Source: Vicugna vicugna (Eukaryota). Taken from it: a stretch of 64,000 nt of DNA. Positions 54,526-64,000 of the stretch are shown piece after piece. Made by a program: the position numbers and the translations under genes. Where the stretch lies: the NCBI GenBank assembly GCA_013265495.1, contig MU058824.1, positions 1,701,111-1,765,110 of the forward strand, in the 5' to 3' direction. The first letter of the stretch is position 1. The number at the start of each line of letters is the position of its first letter. Below the pieces are notes generated by a model, which did no database searches, had not been told where the DNA came from, and was given only the letters and a program-made list of their open reading frames with translations.

Positions 54526-55451
54526 AAGATTCCTTCCTCCATCAAGCTTGTTCTCTCTTTAAGGGGAATTTTTGGCCCAGCTTTCAGATGATATAAACTT
54601 TATCTCTTTACACAGTAGGAAAGACCACAACCAAAGCGAGTGGGGGATCCCAGGCCGGAAACCCAGCGGCCTCCCAGCCCAGCGCCCCTTCTGAATCACC
54701 TGTCTGTGAGTCACCAAGTCCTGCCCATTTTGTCTCTATTATTCTCTAGTCTATGCCCTTCTTTCTGCCTGGCCACTTCCTGCAGCCTGAGCCCCCTGGC
54801 CTCGCGCCTGGACTGCTGCGGCACCAGCTGCCTCATTTGAACCCTCCCCCAGCCCCCTCAGGACAATCTGCAGCCCACCCAGCTTACAGTGAAGATTCCA
54901 ACAGATTGCAAATTGCATGTCTCAGGCTTTCAGGTCGACTGGTCAGCAATTTGGTTTTCCTTGTGGAGACTAATCTATTTAACAAAAATAGAACATACAG
55001 TAAAGCAAAATTAAATATTTCTAATCGTGAGGCTGCTTGCATCTGCAAACGACCAGGAAAGAAGGGAAGTTGCGGGTGGAGGCAGAAAGCTTAGAGGAGG
55101 CCTCGTGATGTGTGGCTTTAGAGCTGCAAAGCTCCCTTGGCTCAACCACCCACCCAGGAACCTGGGCAGAGACCCCCTCACAGACCCTGCCAGATCCCCT
55201 CTGCTGACTATGCAGGTGAGAAAGGGCAACATGAAATCGAAAAGCCATTCTTCATTTCTCCGCTTTCCCCACCCTGTACATGCTGGCCACCTCTCAGGTC
55301 CTTCAATTCCATCTCCTTCCCATCTCTTGAATCATGGGCTCTGCTCCACCTGTGTCACCCTCATCTCTCACTTGAAGTTCACAGCAGCTTCCTGGCCTCT
55401 GGTCTTGCCCACATACCCATCCGTTTTCCACACAGCAGCCAAAGTAGCCCT

Positions 55452-55978
55452 TTTCTTTTTCTTTATGAAGATATAATTGGAAAGTAGGAGTTATATATAT
55501 TTAAGGGGTATAATTTGATGATTTGATATACACATACATTGTGAAATGAGCACTACAATCAAGGTAATTAACATACTCATCACAACTCATGGTTACCATT
55601 TTCTTTTTCTTTTCTTTTTCCTCACTTTCTTTTTCTTTTCTTTTCTTTTTTTATGATGAGAACACTGAAGATCTACCCCCTTTAGCAGGTGTCAAGTGTA
55701 CAGTAGAATATTGTTAACTATAGTCACTAGGCTGTACGTTAGACCTCCAGAACTTACTCATCTGCATAACTGGGAGGTTCCCCATTTCCCTGCCCTCAAT
55801 CCCTGGCAACCACCATTCTACTCTCTTCTTCTATGAGTTCGACTAATACAGATTCGACATAAAAGTGACGCCATGCAGTATTTGTCTTTCTGTTCAGACA
55901 CACAGGCCTCTTTCATTTAGCATAATGTCCTCTAGGTCCATCATTTGTCACAAATGGCAGGATTTCCTTGTTTTTAAA
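55452..55978 (-). mobile_element. LINE-1 3' end (L1MA8/9-like), inserted in an L2
   Basis: atatacacatacattgtgaaatga...aatcaaggtaattaacata...tgtcctctaggtccatc...tcacaaatggcaggatttcc. Confidence 0.85.
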
Positions 55979-57754
55979 GAGCATGTGGGAATTACTATTT
56001 CCTGGTTTACAAGCTTCCTGTGGCCCTCATTTGGATCATGAGATCCAGAGTCCTGCCTGACGTGGCTCCTGCCTTCCTGACTCCACCAACCCTCCTACCC
56101 CTTGCACACCACCCACCAGCCACCATGCCCTCTTCCTTCTGGTCTCCAGAGAGTTAAGCTCTCTCTTGCCTCCAGGCCTTTGCATATGCGGTTGCCTCTG
56201 CGCAGAACATTCCCTGTCTCATCCTTTTATCTTTTCTACTTGGCTAACTCACACTCATTCTTCCCGGTCCTCCCAAACCACCTTCTCACAAGAGAGGTGC
56301 CCTTCCTCTGTGCTCCCATCCCCCTCTGTACCCACCCTGTCCTAGCATTTATCACACTGACCTGTAACTGTCTTTTTTTAATCTGTTACCTCCATTAGAC
56401 TGGGAACTTCTAGGGAAAAAAGGACTTTGACTTAGTATACCTTTCCTGGGTCTAGCATCAGCATGCCATGCCCCAAACACTGTGTGTGGCAACCGTTTCC
56501 TCATTTTATCTGTGGAAACCGAGACCCAGATAGAGGAAGGAACATAATGATGGGCACACTGGGTGTTGGTGTCAAAACTGGGACTAGAGCTCTGAATCTC
56601 CCACTCTAAGTCCAGAGCCCTTTTGGGTTTAATTGTAAAGAACTGGTCTCAACAAACATCATTCAGCCCTGACCCCCAATACCATTAGCCCACAGGGATG
56701 TCTTGGTCTCCCAGTGTCCTTTCTCTCTCCCCTCCTTTTCCTCCATAGCCCTTCCTGAGGGACCCTGCTCCAGTGTCCCCTAAACTGGATCATCCCACTT
56801 AGCCCAACACAAACAGCTCCACACTCCTCTCCTTCCCAGGACTAGAGAAGGAAAGAGCACTTTTCTGTGCTGGGGTGGGGTAGGGGGAGCTCCATCTCAG
56901 CAGGACACAAGTACAGTAGGCAGGTCAGGGGGTGGAGGAAGGAGCTGCCGGCACCCCCTGAGGTAGAGGCAGGGCAGGCAGTGTCACCAGTGCACCATGG
57001 AGAACATGAGTTGGGAGGCCATTTTCATCCGGTCTTGACATACAGGGCTGGTGCTGGAGGACTGAGTCCTCCTAGGGACCACGTGGTAGACAGAGGGACA
57101 GAGGGCCCAGGAGAAAAGCAGAAAGCAAACTAGGGACTTCTAACAGAGGGGATTTAATACAGGGAGTTACTTAATAGGTGTTGGAAGGAGAAAGAAGTGT
57201 AAAAGGAATCCTGAGGCAGTCCGGAGACACCGGCTGCTGAGAGAAACAGTCATCACCCGTAGGCTAGAAGAAGGAAGGGAAGAGGTGAGACTCCCAGAAG
57301 CTGGGAGCTCAGAGGAGAAGGCCGACAGAGCTAGTGTTCAGACATCTGAGGAGGGGCACTGCCCAGTGCTGCTGGCACCTCTCAGGGGGTGTAGCTGGAC
57401 TGGCGCTGGCAGCGGGACCCTGACAGAAGCAGGGAAATGGGAATTCCCAAGTCCTTCTCTTCGCCTGCTTCCCACTCTCCCTCAGGGTCAGCTATCGGCG
57501 GAGCTGATGGGGCGTCTGGGAGACGCAGCTTCCCAGGTCCAGCATCACAGAACTGAGTGGAGAAGGGCAGCTGGAGGCTGAGAGACAGCAAGTAGTCCCT
57601 GGCACAAGCCCCTCCTCCAGTGTTCCCACCCTGACTCGAAGCCCCTCCCTCCCTTCTAAGAAGAGGTTCTCACCCACCTCTTGTGCAAGTAAAAGTAGGC
57701 ATTTTGCATTATTCTTCACGTTTCACATTCCTGAGAGGACTGGCTCTGCCACCA

Positions 57755-57922
57755 GCGTTCTGAACCGGCTCCTGCGGGCTGCCTAAAGCCAGTTGTTAAA
57801 TGATTGATAGCTGGAAATCTGCCTTGGTGGGAATATTTACACTGTGGAAATTGGCAAACACTACAAATCAGGACCCTTTTATTCCCCCAGAGAGCCAGTT
57901 AAATACTTACCAACACATCCTT
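57755..57922. mobile_element. MER63-like (hAT-Blackjack) fragment; a related copy lies at ~47270-47404
   Basis: The two copies share the motif gcactacaaatcaggac / aacactacaaatcaggac and a terminus of the aacatttcccagcacaccactg type. Confidence 0.6.
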
Positions 57923-58830
57923 GACTCCTTTTCTCCTCCACCTACCTCCTGTTCTACTCCTACCTGCTCCCCTCGCCCAGGCTCTCATCCCCTGCAAAGA
58001 GCTCGTTTTCTGATCAGTGACTGGGTTTTGCAAAGGAAGGCCGGATAGTAAGTATGTGTTAGAAACATAAGCTTAAAGCCAGGCACAGCTAGGATGAGTC
58101 CCATTCCTACTGCCTACCGGTTATGTGACCCTAGGCAATTTTCTTAACTTCTCAGCCCCTCAATTTTCTCATCTGTAAAATGAAGATGATAATAGCACAT
58201 AGTTCATCACAATGAGGTTGTTGTTGAGAATTTATTAATAAAGAAGAACTCCAGAAAAAATCTTAGATAACATACACAAATGTTTCAGCAGAGCTAAAAA
58301 TAACTTATGCTCTGCAGAGAAAAACCTGAGAACAGAAATGAGGAGGGTCTTGCCCCAGGTTTCCTTCCTAGAAAATAGCATATCACAGCCCGAGTCTGCC
58401 TCTCCCGAACCCTTGTTCAGTGCTCTTCCCCTTCTCCTAAGTTGAGGGGGAAATGTGCTTATGCGTGCACAGATCCTTTGGCTCTTATTCAGGAAAACTC
58501 TAAGCTGTCAGTAAAAATTAATCTATTCCAAGAGGGAGTATTATTTTGTTGGTGATGATGTTGCTATTTTTGCCTGTAAAAAAATGTGCCTCCTTATAAC
58601 AGCCTTTCAGAAGAAAGTTTTTAATAAAGTTTTCCTGTTATTAAAATAATGCATGCTATTAGAGGATATTGGAATGTATTGAAAAGTAAAAAGACAAAAA
58701 ACCATAATCCCACAACCTGGGACCAATCAGTATTGGTTGGGAATAATTTTTTACTTGGTTGGGGTAATTTTTACATAATTGTGAACATTCTGTGTATATA
58801 ATTTTTATCCTGTCTTTTTAACTTACATAT

Positions 58831-59271
58831 TGTATTAGGGTGAATAACAGTAGCTGGTGTAACAAAGATATCTCAGAACCTCAATGGATTCACACAGGAA
58901 TAATGTGTTTCTCTCTTTTGAAAAATCCAAAGTGGATGTTTCTGGCTGGAAGATAGCGTTGCTGCATGATTATTCATGGACCCAGGCTCCTTTGTCTCAT
59001 GTCCCCACTGTTCCTTAGAACTTGGAGTTCATTGATAGATCCTGTGACTATGGTTGGCAGATGGGGGAAGTGAGGGAGCAGGAAGGGTCTTGTGGGAGAT
59101 TTTCATGGGCCAGACCTGGAATGCCACATGCCACTTCTGCCCACATTGCGCTGGCTAGAACTGTCACATGGCCACATCTAAGTATAAGGGAGGTTGGAAA
59201 ATGCAGTCTAACCATGTGCCTGGGAGGAAGAGGAAATGGATTTGAGAAACAACTAGCCAGTGACTGGCACA
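58831..59271 (-). mobile_element. Old MaLR LTR (MLT1I-K-like)
   Basis: cacttctgcccacattgcgctggctagaactgtcacatggccacatcta...gggaggttggaaaatgcagtct, with TG...CA ends. Confidence 0.75.
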
Positions 59272-59329
59272 ATCAGGATAACGCTTTTTCCAATCTTTTA
59301 TAACTTTTATGACATAATATTCAAGTCTG

Positions 59330-59910
59330 CATAACCTAGATCAAGTCACCTCCTGATTAAAACCCTTCAATGGCTCCCCTTAAATTTAAAATTAAGCCTG
59401 GCATCCTTGATAAGCCTATAAGGTTCTGTGTGACATTGCACCTGTCCACCCTGCCAGTTCCATTCCATGCTTCATCTCCCCCTCAATCACCACTTTCAGC
59501 TCCACTGGCATTGTTTCAGCTCCTCCAACTTCCCAATCTCTTTCCTGCCTCAGGACCTTTGTACTTGCAATTTGTCTTCACAGGAAGCTCTCCCCTCACT
59601 CTTAGCTGACTCCTTCAGGTCTCAACGCAAATGCCACCTCCCCAGAAAAGCCCTCCTTGACCCCCAGTCTAATTGAAGCCTTGTAGTTCTCTCTTGCATC
59701 ACCCTGTTCCTTTCCTTTATATCACTTACGGTGGTTTGTAAACATATATGTATCGGTGTATTTATTGTTTGATGACTATACCTCCCACCTGACTGCAAGA
59801 TCCATACACTCAAGGACCATGTGGACTTTGCTCACTCTCTATCTGGTGCCTACCTGGCACATACCTGACACATGTTAGGGGCTTGACAGTGCTGACTGAG
59901 TGATTGCATG
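59330..59910 (+). mobile_element. LINE-2 3' fragment
   Basis: aaaacccttcaatggctccc...tcctgcctcaggacctttgtacttgc...tccttcaggtctcaacgcaaatgccacctc. Confidence 0.8.
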
Positions 59911-61711
59911 TGTCATAAAATTTCATCATGTTTACTTTACTATCATGGTTTACTTTGCTATTGCCCTATTTCTTGAACATTTCGTTTATTTCTGATATTT
60001 TTCTAGTCTAAACAAGCTTGACTCTTGTATCATAACTGGAGGGAAATAGAGGGAATTGGTCTCACTTCTCTTGGGCCAGCCAGACGCCATCTCCTCTTGG
60101 TCCCCACTCCTGTCCACTGTACCCAACCTGCCGTAGACCACCACTTCCTTTGTGGCTGGTTGCCACTTGAACCCTATGGGCCATCAGAAGGATGGCCCTC
60201 TATTTACTGCTCACCAGCAGAAGATGGCAGTGGGCAGGCCACACGTCCCATCCTGCCCCTCCTCTTAACTCCCTGCAAACCAGCTGCTCAAGACTCAATA
60301 GAGACATCAAACCTTCCTCAAGGCTTAGGCCTATCAAAAGCATTTTTATGTAAGAAAATATTTTAAATAGTATGCAAAATATGACTTGACCTATAGCCCA
60401 AGGGACATGTAGGAAAAAAGTATTTTTCATTTTTGCAGAACATGTGGGTGGATGTACCCAGTTGTTTGGTATTTCTCTTTTATGTCCTGTCATCCCTTGG
60501 GAAACAGAAGGTAACTTCTTCAAGCCTACGTGATGAGGATCTCTATTCTTTACGGAAAATCTAACCAGCAGTGTAACCCCAACATTTTCTCAAAATCTTC
60601 ATTATTCATTTGAGATCCGTGTGGTCCTGGGTGAAGGGCTAGAGCAGAACAGTCCAAAGTGGGCTTGGATCATCCACTCAGATAGTGCTGTGCCGACCAG
60701 GGCCCCCATCACCCTTCAGCTTCCACCTCCTTAAAGATTAGCTGCCTGTGTGACCTGTCAGAGCGGATCTTATTTCCCCACAGCACAAATCAGACACCCA
60801 GATGAGCATGCTTGCTCACACCTCCCAAAGACAAACGCTCACCCAGAGACGAGTACAGTTAGAGCTGTATTAAGGACAGAACGCCTTCCCCAAAAGCACC
60901 GTGATCGGCAGAGACCTGGTCCCTCAGTGGGCCTGGGACTCCAGGAGACCTGGCTGAGCCGAGTGAGTCTTCCCTCTGCCTAGCCTCCAGCTCGACATCA
61001 GATGATGTTCCAGGGCAGAACATCCCTGCCCTTTGTTATGAAATTGAAAGAGACAAAAAAAATTTTTTCCAATGTAGGGCTTGACCTGTACAATTCATAA
61101 AGTGTTGTTGGAATAAATTTCACTCATGCTTAGTAGTGAAACATTAAAGATGAACAATGGAAACTGAATTAATTTTTCCAAGAGGAGACCACTGATGCCT
61201 CCTGACTGCTGGAATCCTTACTGTACATTTACGCTGCACTGATTTTTCTGGGGATTCTGAACTGACATCAGGTAGAATTTTGCTAACGCAGATTACCTGG
61301 AGGATTATAAGAGTTACCCTTTGTGTGTGGCAACCCTGGGTTATGCTGTTTTCATAATTGCCTTCTTTAATTCTCACAAACCATCCTGAGAAGCAGGTGT
61401 TGTTCTTCCTGCTTTTCAGATAGAATTGATGCTCAAAAACACTGAATGACTGTCCAAGGTCATACCAATGGCAAATTTACTCTTGTCTAGTGAATGCAGA
61501 AACTTAAGTTTTTTTTCCATATGTCATTCATCCTATGTGTTCTGAAGATTCCTCTGAAAAAGAACATGCAGCTTTATCACTCTCAATTCAACCTGAACTG
61601 TTGGTTTGGATCAGCTTTTATGAAACAGACTGCTCTCTTTGACATTAGCAACATCTCTTTAAGGAAAAAGAAACATCCTTATAAAGTATCCACTTGGGGT
61701 TTTACCTGCAT

Positions 61712-62088
61712 TATTTTATTTGCATTCCAAATCAGCTCTGTGGTCGTTCTTATAAACTCCTCGGAAGTTAGAATCCATTATCAGTCAGCATGCAGCCAAG
61801 AGAATAGAAAGCACTTCAGGCATGTCAGAGGGAGAGTTAATACAGGGAACTGGTGACAACTTTGTTGGAAGGAATGGAGGAGCAGATCAGGTAGGTGCTG
61901 TCACCAAAGATGAGACCAAAGAAAACGACCAAGCCCTTTGAGCTGGACGAACAAAAAGGGAATGGTGTTGCCTCTGACATGCCTGAAGTGCTTTCTGTTT
62001 TCTTGACTGCATGCTGATTGGTAATGGATTCTAACTTGCGAGGAGTTTATAAGTGACTGCAGAGCAGATTTGGAATGCAAATAAAATA
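61712..62088. repeat. ~120-bp inverted repeat pair (61712-61831 and 61971-62088), ~90% identical, 139-bp spacer
   Basis: Manual alignment gives 10 substitutions and one 2-nt indel. It also appears as the shared peptide VRIHYQSACSQENRKHFRHVRG in ORFs 61494(+) and 61901(-). Confidence 0.95.
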
Positions 62089-63379
62089 CTGGGGACCCAA
62101 ACACACTGGCCTCCGAGGCTCCTGCCACTGCTGTTTCTGCTGCTTTGGGGACCCACCACTGGCCACCAAGCGGTCAGCCTGGACCCTCCACTACACACAC
62201 TGACAATGCAGAGCTGCTGGGGCCCCACAGACACCTGCAGTCACTCAGCTCCTGCTGCTGCAACCAAAGTAGAGAAAAAAAAGCAAAAAAAAAAAAAAAA
62301 AGCCTTTCCCTTATGCACACTTTCTAATCCCCCATGAATACTTCTCATTAGCAGAACCTAAATGGAAACCAGCTGGCAGGGGATTCTGGGAAGTGTGGTT
62401 TCCAGGCTGTGGGCCCTGCGACACAGAGGACATAGGAAAGTGAGCGTGGACTGTGAGCCAACAGACAGGTCACAACCACTGCTCCAGCCAGAGTTATCAA
62501 ACTCCACTGCTTTGGAATTTAAGGCCTCACATGGATTGGTCTCAAGTGGATGTGATGATCCTCCATTACAGCCCTGGGATCGCACTCGGCAAAAGCTTCA
62601 GGAGAGTCGCGGCATTTATATAGACATAAAGAATGTCTGTGTGAAGAGAAGAGCAAAATAATCCCTGCTCAAGCTGGGGTCTTAGAAACCAAAGCCTGCC
62701 CGGCTTCCCTGGCTCGGAGATGCAGGTCATAGCGAAACCGGACTCTAGTTGCTGTGTGGGCCTCACTCAGAATCGTTGCCTCTGTTCCCACTGCCTTACC
62801 ACTCAGCCTCCTTTGGCTTGCAAAAAAGAGAGCATTCCAGTGACCTTTGATGGCAGGTGTCTTAGGCCAGGGTTACCCAGGAAACAGACTGAGACAAAGA
62901 TTGACATGCACGAAGTTTGTCAGGAGGCTCTCAGGAAGAAAACTCGAAAGGGAAGAAGCTGAGCAGGATGAGGCCGAGGGACAAGGTGAAGTGGAATGCA
63001 GCTGCCTTCACAGCCTCAGCCACCCTCGGGGACCTCTGGAGCCATGGGCCTTCCCAGCTCTCCTGAGTTGAGGGAGGGGGGCTCGAACAACTGTGTCTTT
63101 TTACACTGACCAGTGGATGTAGGCTGCCCCCAGGGAGGGACATAATCTTCACTGATACAGCTCCCTGTGGGTGCAGGGCAACCCAACAACAGCCGAAATT
63201 CTGGGGAAATAAGCTCCTTCATCCTGAAGGGGGCATCCAGCCGCACACCATGGCACCCCCCATCCAGGATGGCAGGAGTAGAAGGGAAGCCACTGCTGCT
63301 CAGGCCACAGCGCTCAGCCACTTTGGCGATGCACCCTGAGCTGGAGAGACAGAGAGAGAGTCCAGCCACCTCCCTAGCC

Positions 63380-63925
63380 TAAGCCGCTGCCACCTAAGAC
63401 CCCGTGTCTCTGCTTCCATGTTTGCCTCACTACCATCCATTCTCTCTCCATCAGCCAGAGCAATCTTCTGAGATCTTAAGTCAGATCATGCTACTGCTTT
63501 GCATAACCTCCCCATCGCCATGGCTCTTCGCTGCACTTGGCATCCCCTCCAAGCTCTGTCATGGCCCCCAGTTCACCCCTACCTGCCCACTCCCTCACTG
63601 GGCTTCCCCTGCCTGCCCCTTCTGTTCCGTTCCCACCTGAGGGCTTGTCCTGGCCTTTGCCTCTGCTCGGGGTATCTCTTCTTGCTGCACAGGCCTCAGC
63701 CTTATGTTGGCTCTGCTGGGAGTTCTTTCCTAAGCATGCAGTAGATTCACTCCCTTCACCCAGGCACTCCCGTTTGTTTTCTTCACAGCTCACTTCACTA
63801 ACTAAAATGATCTTATTCATTTATCTCCTAATCAAATATGAAGTTCTCTGAGAGCAGGGAATCAGCTCCTAGAAGAGGACCCAGCCAGGGCAGACAGATA
63901 TTTGTGGAATGTCATGTGAGTTGAG
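63380..63925 (+). mobile_element. LINE-2 3' fragment
   Basis: ccattctctctccatcagccagagcaatctt...aagtcagatcatgctact...gaagttctctgagagcaggga. Confidence 0.7.
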
Positions 63926-64000
63926 CATCCACTAACACGGAGGACATCCATCTGGCAGAATTTCTTGAAAAGCACCTCATTGGCATGCGGCCTTCCTCAT

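Overview
This is mammalian genomic DNA, not prokaryotic. The window covers the middle of GABBR2 (GABA-B receptor subunit 2, a class C GPCR) on the + strand. Three internal phase-0 coding exons of the extracellular Venus-flytrap domain lie at 8699-8764, 15789-15989 and 29503-29739 (exons 5-7 by human numbering as I recall it). The rest is intron, densely filled with old eutherian interspersed repeats (MIR, L2, L3, L1M, MLT1/ERVL LTRs, hAT/Tigger MERs) and simple repeats. Nearly all ORFs in the supplied track are spurious. I found no new protein-coding or multi-gene system. The most unusual structures are two local inverted duplications in the last intron: a 278-bp pair with one mismatch (38215-38492 / 39958-40235), and a ~120-bp pair (61712-61831 / 61971-62088) whose substitutions are mostly G-U-compatible in the sense pre-mRNA. 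There are also several tandem duplications and a candidate cryptic acceptor leading to a stop just after exon 5. Repeat family names are recognised from memory of consensus sequences and their boundaries are approximate.
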